Source of the DNA: an uncultured Candidatus Binatia bacterium
Lineage (GTDB): Bacteria > Desulfobacterota > Binatia > Bin18
Assembly (NCBI GenBank): GCA_965200965.1
Contig: OZ241744.1
Location: 1,248,001 to 1,312,000, forward strand
Reading direction: 5' to 3'
DNA length: 64,000 nucleotides
Shown piece after piece: positions 43,424 through 54,542 of the stretch (positions are counted from its first letter, which is position 1; the number at the start of each line of letters is the position of its first letter). A program made the position numbers and the translations under genes. The notes beneath the pieces are model-generated. The model searched no databases. It saw nothing but the letters and a program-made list of their open reading frames with translations, and was not told where the DNA came from.

Positions 43424-44650
43424 CTAGGTATCCCGCCAGCCGAGCCGCCGGCCGGTCCAGGAACGCAGGGCTGAATCGACCGTCATCGCCCCGTATAGGC
43501 TTCCCGCCAGCGGCAGCGTCCACACCCAGCACCGGGGTAGTTCAAAGAAACGAATGGCCGGCCAGTAGACAACTGCGCTCAGTAGCAGGGCTGCGCTGCC
43601 TTGGAGGCTGAGCACTAGGGCTCGCGTGTCCGCTCCGCCCCACAGCGCCCCGCCCACGCACCACACCGGGGGCAGCGCAAACAGCAGCCCTAAGCCAACG
43701 AGGGCACCAAGCAGACGCAGGGCCGAGTGGCCCAGCTCGGTAAAGGCGGTCCTACGCACCATCGTCCAGATTGTACGGAGTTCGCCGTACACGCGTAAGC
43801 TGCTGACCTCGGTTCGGCTCAGGCTCAAACGCACCGCCAGGGGGCAGCGTTTGACCCGCAGGGCCAGATTCAGGTCGTCAATACTCTCGCCTTTGATGCT
43901 GGCAAAGCCACCGATTTTTTCCAGGCCGGCGGCCCTCAGCAACACACACCCGCCGGCCGCGGCGGCAACCCGGTGGTGGGGACTGTTCACCCAGCGCATC
44001 GGATACAAAAGGCTGAAGAAAAAGACAAAGGGGGGAATCAGCAGACGCTCAGCCGGCGACACACATCGCAAACGGGCCATACGGCTGTTGAGGGCCAGCC
44101 CTGCCCACTCGCTCTCGGCAACCAGCCGCCGGACGGAACGCGGAGCGTGATGAATATCGGCGTCGGTCAACAGCACATAGTCGGGACGCGGCAGCGAATC
44201 CCGCGGCTGGGAGGGTGCAATTTCGGTCCCAGGACTGCCCAGACCACAGGCTGCCGCGGCCTGCTCAAGCGCCCAGACTTTTCCGGCCCAGCCGGGCGGG
44301 AGCGGAGCGCCGGAGACGGCGACCAGTCGGTGTGGGGTGTTGAGCCGGTGGCCTGTCTGACGGGCGATCGCAGCGCTTGCGTCGTCCGAACGATCATCAA
44401 CAACAAGAACCGTCAGTTGGCCGGGGTAGTCCTGTTGCAGCAGGGCCGGCAGGGTACGGGGTAAGAGCTCGGCTTCATTGCGGGCCGGTACCAGCACACA
44501 AACGGACGGCCAGCGGTCTGATTGCGCGTCCTCACAATCGGCCGGCTCATCCTCGCCGACCGGCTGAAAATCCCACGGACGAGCGGGATGGAGGAGAATG
44601 CCAAGCCACCCAAGAACCGAGACAGCGCCCAACAAGAGGAGAATATCCAA
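43424..44650 (-). CDS. hpnB: Hopanoid-associated GT2 glycosyltransferase
   Basis: VPARNEA, VDDRSDD, GWAGKVWA, LTDADI, LIPPFVFFF..LYP, AAAAGGC, MVRRTAF; TTG start inferred. Confidence 0.85.
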   Translation of the reverse strand: MDILLLLGAVSVLGWLGILLHPARPWDFQPVGEDEPADCEDAQSDRWPSVCVLVPARNEAELLPRTLPALLQQDYPGQLTVLVVDDRSDDASAAIARQTGHRLNTPHRLVAVSGAPLPPGWAGKVWALEQAAAACGLGSPGTEIAPSQPRDSLPRPDYVLLTDADIHHAPRSVRRLVAESEWAGLALNSRMARLRCVSPAERLLIPPFVFFFSLLYPMRWVNSPHHRVAAAAGGCVLLRAAGLEKIGGFASIKGESIDDLNLALRVKRCPLAVRLSLSRTEVSSLRVYGELRTIWTMVRRTAFTELGHSALRLLGALVGLGLLFALPPVWCVGGALWGGADTRALVLSLQGSAALLLSAVVYWPAIRFFELPRCWVWTLPLAGSLYGAMTVDSALRSWTGRRLGWRDT

Positions 44651-44660
44651 GGCCCGCCCT

Positions 44661-45650
44661 CTATGTGATATAGCCAAACTGCCGAAACCAGGACACCGCT
44701 TTGCGCAGCGCCTCACGGACCGGGGTCTGGGGTAAGCCCAGTTCCTCGATCGCCTTGCTCGCATTAAAAAACATCTTCTTCCTGCTCAGTTGTACCCCAA
44801 CCGGGGGAATTGAGGGTTCACGGCCGGGGATCAGCCGCGCCAGCGCCGCATCTGCGTAGGCCGCTCCAAGGGCCAGCGCATACGGAACCTTGAACCCGGG
44901 GGCGGGCCGCCCGGTCAGCTCAGACAACAGCTCCAAGATCTGCCGCAGGCTCAGGTTCTCGTGGCCCAGAATATACTTTTCGCCTATCTGACCTTTCTCG
45001 GCCGCCAGCAGATGGCCCTCGGCCACATCTTCGACATCAACGAGGTTAAGCCCGGTATCAACATAGCCCAGCATCCGCCCGTTCAAAAAATCGACGATCA
45101 GTCGTCCGGTCGGCGTGGGTTTGAGGTCGCCGAGCCCGACCGGGGTACTGGGGTTGACAATCACCACCGGCACGCCCCGGCCGGCGTAGCGCAGGGCGAC
45201 TTGTTCGGCCAGAAATTTACTCCGCTTATAGTGGCCGAGCATATCGGCCAAGGACACCGGCGTATCCTCTCGGCCCGGGCTGCCATCCCCGACACAGCCC
45301 AGCGTTGCCACAGAGCTGGTATACACAATTCTCTCTATGCCGCATTCCTCAGCCGCCCGAAGAACGTGTTCGGTTCCGGTTACATTGCTGTCATACATCT
45401 CTTGCCGATGGCGGACCCACAGCTTGTAGAGGGCCGCCACATGGTAGACCCGGGCGCAGCCAGCCGTTGCCCGACGGACCGCATCAAGGTCGCGCAGGTC
45501 GCCAGCAACAGTCTCCAGGGGCAGCTCGGCCAGCAGGCGACGGTCGGCCCCAGGCCGGACCAGGGCCCGCACCTCGTGTCCGGCCTTGACTAAGGCACGG
45601 GCAACGATTCCGCCCACGAAACCGCTCGCTCCGGTCACCAGCACACGCAT
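44661..45650 (-). CDS. hpnA: Hopanoid-associated sugar epimerase
   Basis: VTGASGFVG, HVAALYKLW, YKRSK, VNPSTPVG..D.KPTPTG, YVDTGLN. Confidence 0.9.
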   Translation of the reverse strand: MRVLVTGASGFVGGIVARALVKAGHEVRALVRPGADRRLLAELPLETVAGDLRDLDAVRRATAGCARVYHVAALYKLWVRHRQEMYDSNVTGTEHVLRAAEECGIERIVYTSSVATLGCVGDGSPGREDTPVSLADMLGHYKRSKFLAEQVALRYAGRGVPVVIVNPSTPVGLGDLKPTPTGRLIVDFLNGRMLGYVDTGLNLVDVEDVAEGHLLAAEKGQIGEKYILGHENLSLRQILELLSELTGRPAPGFKVPYALALGAAYADAALARLIPGREPSIPPVGVQLSRKKMFFNASKAIEELGLPQTPVREALRKAVSWFRQFGYIT

Positions 45651-45793
45651 AGTCCCCTCCCCTAGAGGGCTTTGAGCGGGGAGTCAAGAGGCCGGGGCGG
45701 CTTGGTGAGGCGCACATTTTCCACGATCCACACTAGGTTCAGTCTGTCTTTTCTGGTATCTACAAGCAGACGCCTTAATGAAGGAGGAAACTC

Positions 45794-46117
45794 ATGGCTG
45801 AGGTGACGCATGTGTCTGATGAGAACTTTGATGCGGAGGTGCTGCAATCTGAGCTGCCGGTGCTGCTTGACCTGTGGGCACCCTGGTGTGGGCCGTGCAA
45901 GGCTATTGCCCCGACCGTCGAAGCCCTGGCCGGCGAGTACGCCGGGAAACTCAAGGTCGTCAAGCTAAATGTGGACGACAACCCCAAAACCCCGGCCAAC
46001 TACAATGTCCGGGGTATTCCCAACCTGATTCTGTTCAAGGCTGGGGAGGTCCAGGAGCAGATTGTGGGGGCTGTGCCTCGGGCCAAGCTTGAAGCGGCGA
46101 TTAAAAGCCTCGTCTAG
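45794..46117 (+). CDS. trxA: Thioredoxin
   Basis: WAPWCGPCK; AAGGAGG SD. Confidence 0.96.
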   Translation: MAEVTHVSDENFDAEVLQSELPVLLDLWAPWCGPCKAIAPTVEALAGEYAGKLKVVKLNVDDNPKTPANYNVRGIPNLILFKAGEVQEQIVGAVPRAKLEAAIKSLV

Positions 46118-47218
46118 TCAGAAGATCGCGCGCCTGGTACTCACATTGAGGGCTAGGCCGATCGCGACCATGACGGTTGACAGGGCCGACCCGCCATAGC
46201 TGACCAGGGGCAGGGGGATGCCGACCACCGGCAGGAGCCCGATATTCATCCCGATATTAAACAGGGTCGGCCAAAAGATGAGTGCCGCCGCCCCAACCGC
46301 GATCAGCGAGCCAAAACGGTCTCGGGCCCGCCGGGCGATGACCAGCAGCCGGATCAACACCAGTCCATACAGGACCAGCAGGCCGACTGCTCCGACAAAG
46401 CCCCACTCTTCGGCAAACACAGCAAACACAAAATCGGTATGGGTCTCGGGCAGAAAATCGAGCCGGTTCTGGGTGCTCTGCAAAAAGCCTTTGCCCCACA
46501 CCATGCCCGAGCCGACCGAGATGGTAGACTGCAACAGATGGTAGCCCGTGCCCAGCGGATCGCGACCCGGGTCAAGAAATGAGACAACCCGCTCTTTCTG
46601 GTAGGGTTGTATCACGAAGGACCACAGCAGCCACAGGCTCGCGCCCAAGAGCATGCCCAACAGGCTCAGCGCGCCCCAGCGTAGCCCCGCGGCAAAGCTC
46701 AGGCTGACAAACAGGAGGACGAACAAGACGACCGTGCCAAGGTTGGGCTGGTACAGGACCAGGGTGGCCGGAATGAGCACCAGGAGGGCGGGGAAGCATA
46801 GATCGCGCAGGACGTAGCCGTTCTGCGGCGCATAGCGGTGGAAAAAGTGGGCAATCACCAGCAGGAGGGCGATTTTGGTGAACTCGGACGGCTGAACAGA
46901 CACCGGACCAAAAACAAGCCAGCGCTGTGCCCCACCCCCAACGGAGCCGATCAGCAACACGAGGGCCAGGAGCGCGAGAGCGCCCGCATACAGCGGATAG
47001 GCCCAGGTTTCAAAACGGTGATAATCAATGCCAGACCCCACCGCCATGCCAATGCAGCCCAGCCCGATCCATAGCAACTGACGGACAAAGGTGGGGCTGA
47101 GTTGGGTACTGCCGGTATAGGTCGCGCTGTACACGGCCAGCACGCCAATAGCGAGCACCAGGAGCGTTAACAAGAGCAGTGGCCATTCAAAATGGGTGAG
47201 AAGCCGCCGGTCAAACAC
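46118..47218 (-). CDS. rodA: Rod shape-determining protein RodA
   Basis: GAQRWL, QPSEF.K, DPLGTGYH, LPETHTDF, PLPLVSYGGS; GTG start. Confidence 0.94.
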   Translation of the reverse strand: MFDRRLLTHFEWPLLLLTLLVLAIGVLAVYSATYTGSTQLSPTFVRQLLWIGLGCIGMAVGSGIDYHRFETWAYPLYAGALALLALVLLIGSVGGGAQRWLVFGPVSVQPSEFTKIALLLVIAHFFHRYAPQNGYVLRDLCFPALLVLIPATLVLYQPNLGTVVLFVLLFVSLSFAAGLRWGALSLLGMLLGASLWLLWSFVIQPYQKERVVSFLDPGRDPLGTGYHLLQSTISVGSGMVWGKGFLQSTQNRLDFLPETHTDFVFAVFAEEWGFVGAVGLLVLYGLVLIRLLVIARRARDRFGSLIAVGAAALIFWPTLFNIGMNIGLLPVVGIPLPLVSYGGSALSTVMVAIGLALNVSTRRAIF

Positions 47219-49052
47219 CTGCCCCCGCCTTCCGTTGCCGGGCCGAGGAAAAATACGCGCTGAGGACGCGCTGGACCACGGGCGCGGCCGCCTTCCCCCC
47301 TCCAAGGCCAGCGTGTTCAAGAAGACACACGACTGCTATCTGGGGCGCGTCGGCAGGCGCGAAGGCCATAAACCAGGCGTGATCGCGAAAGTGACGGGGA
47401 ACCTGCTGACTGCTCCCGCCGCGGCCGCTGATGGCCTGGGCTGTGCCGGTCTTGCCGGCAACGCGGATGCTTGGCGTCTGGGCCCGTCTCCCGGTTCCAG
47501 AGGCTTGATGGACGACATCAATCATCCCGTCGGTGATTACCTGCAGATGCTCGGCGGCAACTCCGGTCTGCCTGACGGCGTCGGGTGTCTGGCTCTCGAC
47601 CACCCGTCCATCGGTGGCAATGACCTGTTTGACAAGGAAGGGACGGTAGACGGTCCCGCCGTTGGCCACCGCGGCGGCTACCGCGGCCATTTGGAGCGGC
47701 GTTGCCGTGACATACCCCTGGCCGATCACGACCGAAATGGTCTCCCCCAGATACCACGGCTCCCCGACCTGTCGCTGCTTCCAGGCCGGGTCTGGAATAA
47801 TCCCACCGGCTTCATAGGCGAGTCCGATCCCGAGCGGCTCATCCAGACCAAAACGCCGGGCATAGTCGGCGAGGGTCTGAATGCCGAGCTGGCGGCCGAG
47901 TTGGTAGAAGTAGACATCGCACGACTCGGCCAGCGCCCGGCGGAGGTCCACGCTGCCGTGCCCGCCTTGCCGCCAGCACCGGAACCGACGCCCTGCCACC
48001 TGGAGGGAGCCCGGGCAGTAGACGCGGGTGTCGGGGGTGACCACGCCCTCTGAGAGTGCCGCCGCGGCGCTGATCAGCTTGAAGGTAGAAGCCGGCGGAT
48101 ACTGGCCCTGAATGGCTCTGTTTGTCAAAGGATGGAGTTGGTCGGCGCGTAAGGCCGTCCACTCTTCGTCCCGAACCCCACGGGCAAAAACGTTGGGATC
48201 AAATGTCGGGGCGCTGGCCAGGGCGAGCACCTCACCGCTGGACACGTCTAGGGCGACCACCGCGCCAGGCCTTCCGTCCAGTGCATCTTCGGCCTCGTGT
48301 TGCAGCTCAAGGTCAATGGTGAGAACGAGGCTGTGACCGGTCTGCGCCGGCACCTCTTCAAGCGTCGCCAAGTGTTTCCCGTTGGCGTTGACCTCGATCT
48401 GCTGTCCGCCGCTCCGTCCCCGCAGGGCCGCGTCCCAGGTTTTTTCGACCCCGAACTTTCCGATGATATCGCCACGCCGATAGTCGGCCGACTGGTCTAG
48501 CTCGCGCTGACTGACCTCGCCGACATAGCCCAAAAGGTGGGCGGCCAGATTCCCCCTGGTGTAGGCGCGCTTGGAACGCGCCTCAATGCTGACCCCGGGC
48601 AGGTCGTAGTGATGGGACTCGACCGCCAGCATGACCGGCCAGGCAACGTCCCGCGCTACGACGAGCCCCGCGTCGGCAGGCCGGCGCGAGTCGTTGAGCC
48701 AGCGACGCCCGTCCGGCAGGAGATGACCAACGGGCAGATAGCCGGCCAGCGCGTCGAGAGTCCGGTCCACATCGGGTGTATATTCGGGCCAGAGCACGAC
48801 ATCAAAGGAGGGCTGGTTATCAACCAGTGGCCGTCCGAGGCGATCATACAGATTGCCCCGCACCGCGGGGATGCGCTGGAAGCGCAGGCGGTTGCGCGCA
48901 GACCGCTCTCGGAAGTTCTCGCCCTCTTCCAGTTGCAGAAACCACAGACGAGAGAGCAACAGGACCAGCAGGCCGCACATGACAGTGCCCAGTACGCTTA
49001 GGCGAGACACCGCGATGCTGGGGGTATCAAACAGATTGGAAGGGCTGGCCAT
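47211..49052 (-). CDS. mrdA: Penicillin-binding protein 2
   Basis: YPPASTFK (SxxK), SCDVYFY, AGKTGTAQ; mre operon context. Confidence 0.94.
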   Translation of the reverse strand: MASPSNLFDTPSIAVSRLSVLGTVMCGLLVLLLSRLWFLQLEEGENFRERSARNRLRFQRIPAVRGNLYDRLGRPLVDNQPSFDVVLWPEYTPDVDRTLDALAGYLPVGHLLPDGRRWLNDSRRPADAGLVVARDVAWPVMLAVESHHYDLPGVSIEARSKRAYTRGNLAAHLLGYVGEVSQRELDQSADYRRGDIIGKFGVEKTWDAALRGRSGGQQIEVNANGKHLATLEEVPAQTGHSLVLTIDLELQHEAEDALDGRPGAVVALDVSSGEVLALASAPTFDPNVFARGVRDEEWTALRADQLHPLTNRAIQGQYPPASTFKLISAAAALSEGVVTPDTRVYCPGSLQVAGRRFRCWRQGGHGSVDLRRALAESCDVYFYQLGRQLGIQTLADYARRFGLDEPLGIGLAYEAGGIIPDPAWKQRQVGEPWYLGETISVVIGQGYVTATPLQMAAVAAAVANGGTVYRPFLVKQVIATDGRVVESQTPDAVRQTGVAAEHLQVITDGMIDVVHQASGTGRRAQTPSIRVAGKTGTAQAISGRGGSSQQVPRHFRDHAWFMAFAPADAPQIAVVCLLEHAGLGGGKAAAPVVQRVLSAYFSSARQRKAGAGV

Positions 49053-49058
49053 CGTTCT

Positions 49059-49664
49059 TTACTCGTTCAAAGGTGAATCGTCTTGTCTTCCTCTCGTCCG
49101 GTTAGGACGGTTCATCTTCAGTGGCTGGCGAGGGGCCAGCAGGGTAAAAACAAGCGGGGTCAGCAGCATGGTCAGGGCCGCGTCCCACGCGACCGAGCTG
49201 AGCTCCAGCCCGGACACTTCAGAGGCCAACGGTCCCAGCCGGCTGAGGCTGAACAGGGTGAGGGTTTTCAAGCCGATGGCCAGCAGAACCAAGCCAAGGA
49301 CGGACACGGGGTTGCTGAGCCACAGACCGCGGGACACGAGGACAACCGCGGCAAATACGACGCTCAGGGCGGCGGCGTGCCGGCCGGCCGGCATACCCGA
49401 ACCGCTGTCGAACAGGTAGCCCAGGAAGAAGACGACGGCCGCCCCGCCGGCCGAAGGATGGGAGAGGACGATGTAGACACACAGAATGAGAAGAATATCG
49501 GGGACAAGCGAAAAGCGGGGGAAAATACTGGTCTGCAAGACAACAACGCTGAAGCCGGTCAGCGCCAGGACACTGAGGGGGCGATCAGGAATCCCTTCAC
49601 TGTCGGGCCTGGTGGGAGCCACCAATGGTGACCAGAACCTCTTCCAGCTTGGCAAATTCAACAT
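49059..49664 (-). CDS. mreD: Rod shape-determining protein MreD
   Basis: Polytopic membrane protein (PDILLIL, GYLFD..SG) between mreC and mrdA; true start probably downstream of 49664. Confidence 0.8.
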   Translation of the reverse strand: MLNLPSWKRFWSPLVAPTRPDSEGIPDRPLSVLALTGFSVVVLQTSIFPRFSLVPDILLILCVYIVLSHPSAGGAAVVFFLGYLFDSGSGMPAGRHAAALSVVFAAVVLVSRGLWLSNPVSVLGLVLLAIGLKTLTLFSLSRLGPLASEVSGLELSSVAWDAALTMLLTPLVFTLLAPRQPLKMNRPNRTRGRQDDSPLNE

Positions 49665-50430
49665 TCAGCCCCACCTCCACGTCCTCAAACATCTCTCCGC
49701 CCTGCGTTCCAATCCGGATGATACTGCCGAGGGGATACCCTTTGGGAAATATGCCTTCCAGCCCAGAGGCAAGCAACACATCACCGACCCGGATATCGGC
49801 TCCTTTAGACACATACTTGAGTCGGGCCTGTCCATTCCCGGTCCCAACGACGACACCTCGCTCGCGTGTCCGCTGTACAAAAGTGTCAATTCCACTGCTC
49901 GGGTCAGGGGCCAGCAGGACCCATGCGGTATGGGTGGTGGTAGCAAAGATCCGTCCGACCACCCCCGCAGGAGCCAGCACCGCCAAGTCTTTTTTCATGC
50001 CACTTTGCACGCCTTTATCAAGGACAAGACGGTCGCCCCACGGCCCACGGCTACGGCCAACCACCCGCGCCGCAACCGTCGGGACCTCGGTTTTGGCCTG
50101 GAGCTCGAGAAGACGCCGGAGGCGTTGGTTGGCCAGTTCCATTTCGCTCAACCGCCGGACGTGCTGTTCCAGATCTTCCATCTTTTGGCGGAGCATCTCA
50201 TTCTCCCGACGAACGGAGCGCAGGTCAAAGTACTGATCCCAGACCTGCTCAACACTATGGGCGATCGTCGTCAGGCCAAGCTGAAATGGAAGCATGGCCT
50301 CGAGTAAGAGTGCACCGACCGGATCAGGCTGAGCCGCAGCGCGGCTATTGAGCACGGCCAACACCACAGCAATGGCCAGGAAAAATCCCCATGACAGAAA
50401 AACCTTGTGCTGACGGATCCAAACATACAT
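49597..50430 (-). CDS. mreC: Rod shape-determining protein MreC
   Basis: TM, coiled coil (RRENEML..NQRLRRLL), GVVGR, SGL.GIFPKG.P.G. Confidence 0.92.
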   Translation of the reverse strand: MYVWIRQHKVFLSWGFFLAIAVVLAVLNSRAAAQPDPVGALLLEAMLPFQLGLTTIAHSVEQVWDQYFDLRSVRRENEMLRQKMEDLEQHVRRLSEMELANQRLRRLLELQAKTEVPTVAARVVGRSRGPWGDRLVLDKGVQSGMKKDLAVLAPAGVVGRIFATTTHTAWVLLAPDPSSGIDTFVQRTRERGVVVGTGNGQARLKYVSKGADIRVGDVLLASGLEGIFPKGYPLGSIIRIGTQGGEMFEDVEVGLNVEFAKLEEVLVTIGGSHQARQ

Positions 50431-50462
50431 AGCAGGTCGCTCAGTCAATGCGGTGTCTGGGG

Positions 50463-51494
<1,032 letters not shown>

Positions 51495-51707
51495 TTATTC
51501 CTTGGACGACAACACCTTGGAGAGCAGGAGAGCCAGTACCTTATTAGCAAAATCAACTCCGAGGATCAAGTCTCACCCGTATAAAACATTTTTCTGTAAG
51601 CGGTCTTTGCAGGGTCTGGCCCGGCAGGTCAGTCTGTTTCGACACGCATGGACAAATCATAACGCTGTATCATAATGTAGGCTACGGAGAGCACAAAGGA
51701 GACAGGC

Positions 51708-53624
51708 ATGCTGGACTTCATGCGACGACGGACTCGCTCAATCGGGGTTAAAATCCTGTTTGGAATCATTGCTCTCGTCTTCATTTTCTGGGGAGTCGGG
51801 GGACAGAATGAGGGCCAAGCCATTGATGCGGTCGCCACGGTTGATGACCATCCGATATCGGCCCGAGACTTTCGGCGCGCCTACGAAAATGTCCAGGCGG
51901 CCTATCGTAACATCTACAAGGAGAAGTGGAACCCGGAACTGGTCCAGACCCTGAACCTCAAAGACCAGACCCTCCAGCAGTTGATCGACATGCGGCTCAT
52001 GGTGGCTGAGGCGCACCGGATCGGGATGACGGTCAGCGACGACGAGGTCCGCGCCTCAATTGCCAAGCTCCCCGCCTTCCAGGCCTACGGCTCGTTCAGC
52101 CCTGAGCGCTATCGACAGGTGTTGCGCAGGTTTCGGATGACGCCCCGCGAGTTTGAAGACGACCAGCGCGCCCAACTGCTGACCGAAAAGTTCCGGGCCT
52201 TCATTCTCAGCACAGTCCAGGTCTCGGAGGATGAACTGCAAGACCTCTTCGCCTCGCGTCAGGACAGGGTCAATCTGCGGTTCGCCAAAATCAACTCGGC
52301 GGCGCTGTTCGACGAGGTGTCGGCCGAAACCGACAGCCTCCGAGACTTCTACAACACTCACAGAGAGTCTTTTCGACAGCCAGAACGGGTCCGCTTTTCG
52401 TATCTGGCCTACCCGGACAATCACTTTCGTTCAGACCTCACGGTCTCGGCCCAAGACATCGAAGCCGTATATCAGCGGGACAAGGACACCCGCTTTGTGA
52501 CACCGGAACGGGTCAGGGCGCGACATATCTTGTTAGGTCTTGAGCCACACGCAAGCGAAGAAGAGAAGACCGTGGTTCGGATGGCGGCGATCGCGCTGCT
52601 CGAGCAGGTCCGCGAGGGTGCCGACTTCGCCGCCCTCGCCCAAGAGCACTCCGACGATACGCAGACTGGCACCAAAGGTGGCGATTTGGGCTACTTGAGC
52701 CGTGGCGCAATGGTCAAGCCGTTTGAGGACGCGGCCTTCAGCCTCGCTGTTGGTGAGGTCAGCGAGCCGGTCGAAACCGAGTTTGGCTTCCACATTATCC
52801 AGCTAGACGATAAACAGCCTGCCCAGCCGCGTCCGCTCGACGAGGTGCGCGACGAGATCCAACAGGAACTGACTGCCCGGCAGAGCCAGGAACGCGCCCG
52901 GCAGGCCGCCCGGGAAGACCGGCAGCGGCTTGAGGCGGACGCCTCGCTGGCCGACATTGCCGAGGCTCGCGGTCTGCAACTCGTCGAAAGTCCGTGGGTC
53001 AGCCGAAACGAAACGCTGCCCGACATCGGCTATCAACCGCAGATCCTGGTGGCCGCCTTCAACACCGAGCTCAACCAAGTCAGCGCACCGGTTGAGGTCG
53101 CCGAAACCACCTATCTCGTCCTGCCACACGAGAGGCAGCCGTCACGCCTGCCAGAGTTTGCCGAGGTGCAGGACGAGGTCGAGATCCGCTACAAGGCCGA
53201 GCGGGCCGAGGCTCTGGCCAGGCAAAAGGCCGAGGGCTGGCTGACACGCGTCACGCGGGACAAGTCTCTGGACCCGCTGGCCGAGGAGGAAAGCCTGGAG
53301 TTGGAAGAGACCGGAGAGTTCACACACCAGGGCAGCTATATTCCAAAGATCGGCAGCCTGCCGGCCCTGAAAAAAGCGGCCTTTCGGCTGACCGACGACA
53401 ATCCTATTGCCCCCGCCGTGTATGTCTGGGGCGGCAGCGCGTTTGTGGTCGAGCTGGTCGAATATATCCCGGCCAACATGGCAGAGTTCGAGCGAGAAAA
53501 AGACAGGCTCCGGCAAGAACTGATCGACCGCAAACAGGCTGAAGCGGACCAGGCATTTCTGCGGCATTTGAAAAAACACGCGGCCATCGAGATGAACCAA
53601 GCGGCCTTACTGCGTATTTCCTGA
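51708..53624 (+). CDS. ppiD: PpiD/SurA-type membrane-anchored peptidyl-prolyl isomerase chaperone
   Basis: N-terminal TM, SurA-N domain, parvulin (RARHIL, GGDLG, F.DAAF, VETEFGFHII). Confidence 0.88.
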   Translation: MLDFMRRRTRSIGVKILFGIIALVFIFWGVGGQNEGQAIDAVATVDDHPISARDFRRAYENVQAAYRNIYKEKWNPELVQTLNLKDQTLQQLIDMRLMVAEAHRIGMTVSDDEVRASIAKLPAFQAYGSFSPERYRQVLRRFRMTPREFEDDQRAQLLTEKFRAFILSTVQVSEDELQDLFASRQDRVNLRFAKINSAALFDEVSAETDSLRDFYNTHRESFRQPERVRFSYLAYPDNHFRSDLTVSAQDIEAVYQRDKDTRFVTPERVRARHILLGLEPHASEEEKTVVRMAAIALLEQVREGADFAALAQEHSDDTQTGTKGGDLGYLSRGAMVKPFEDAAFSLAVGEVSEPVETEFGFHIIQLDDKQPAQPRPLDEVRDEIQQELTARQSQERARQAAREDRQRLEADASLADIAEARGLQLVESPWVSRNETLPDIGYQPQILVAAFNTELNQVSAPVEVAETTYLVLPHERQPSRLPEFAEVQDEVEIRYKAERAEALARQKAEGWLTRVTRDKSLDPLAEEESLELEETGEFTHQGSYIPKIGSLPALKKAAFRLTDDNPIAPAVYVWGGSAFVVELVEYIPANMAEFEREKDRLRQELIDRKQAEADQAFLRHLKKHAAIEMNQAALLRIS

Positions 53625-53672
53625 CAGCGGAACAGTGATGGTCGTCTTGGTGTCCCCCACAGGAGGTCTTGT

Positions 53673-54122
53673 ATGCCGATATTACAGCCCGGCGATAGCG
53701 CCCCAGCCTTCAGCGTCTTGACCCACCGCGGCCAGGAACTCAGCTTGGCGAGTCTGCATGGTAAAAAGGTAGTATTGTGGTTCTCCCCCAAGGCCGACAC
53801 ACCCGGCTGAACCACCGAGGGTCGCGGATTCCGCGACTAGCACGCCGCGTTTCAAGACCACAACGTCGAAGTCCTAGGGGTGAGCTTTGACAGCGTAGCT
53901 GACAGCGCGGCCTCTGCCCAAAAGTTCGACTTCCCCTTCCCACTGTTATGCGATGCAGACCGCAGCCTCGACTTCGCCTATGGAGCGTGTGACGACGCAG
54001 CGGCCGCGTATGCCAAACGGAGCAGCTATCTGATCGACGAAGAGGGAAAATTTGAGCGCGTCTACGCCAGCGTCAGCGCCCGCTCGCGCCCGACCGAAGT
54101 GCTGGGCGACCTGGTATCGTAA
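53673..54122 (+). pseudogene. BCP/PrxQ peroxiredoxin with Sec (TGA) at the peroxidatic site and an in-frame TAG
   Basis: AGGAGG SD. Manual translation MPILQPGDSAPAF..VVLWFSPKADTPG(TGA 53808)TTEGRGFRD(TAG 53838)..VLGVSFD..FPLLCD..YLIDEEG. Confidence 0.85.
53821..53837 (+). promoter_or_regulatory. Putative bacterial SECIS hairpin
   Basis: GTCGCGG-ATT-CCGCGAC, 17 nt, starting at the 11th nt after the TGA. Confidence 0.6.
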
Positions 54123-54182
54123 CTATATGATTGTTATTTGCTCATTATTCAATGATGAATCTCGGACGGCTGGAGGTATTTG

Positions 54183-54542
54183 TTAGAGTTCATCCGGGCT
54201 TTTGCTAATCCATTCCGGAGCGTGCAGAATAACAGGTGCCCGGTCTTCTTTATTCCAGATTGCCGAATCCAGCCCCCAATAAAAGAAATGTACCTTTTTC
54301 CCCGATCTCAAATTCTCGTTGTCCCTTCCAGATTTTGTGTATAATACTACAAGATCGCCAGCCGAAACGGCTTTGTAAGGAAACCAATAGGCTTTGTACG
54401 TTTCAATAGTTGCTTCCCCATCACGGAATCCTGTTTGGATGATTAGGTAGTCTCCGATGTCGGTATTCGCTTTCACTCCCAAAACAAGGCGCTCCTTTTC
54501 CTCATTGCCTTTGTCCTTAATAGATCGAATTTCAACCTTCAT
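54183..54542 (-). CDS. Hypothetical beta-rich protein (possibly lamin-tail/Ig-like), low GC
   Basis: KERLVL..DIGDYLI..YWFP..V.AGDLVVLYTKSG..FFYWG..IWN; start overlaps the upstream stop (ATGA). Confidence 0.7.
   Translation of the reverse strand: MKVEIRSIKDKGNEEKERLVLGVKANTDIGDYLIIQTGFRDGEATIETYKAYWFPYKAVSAGDLVVLYTKSGRDNENLRSGKKVHFFYWGLDSAIWNKEDRAPVILHAPEWISKSPDEL

Noticed and set aside
53838-53840. Pyrrolysine readthrough of the TAG in the peroxiredoxin
   Set aside because: Non-catalytic position, no pyl genes in the window, and other signs of decay favour a nonsense mutation.
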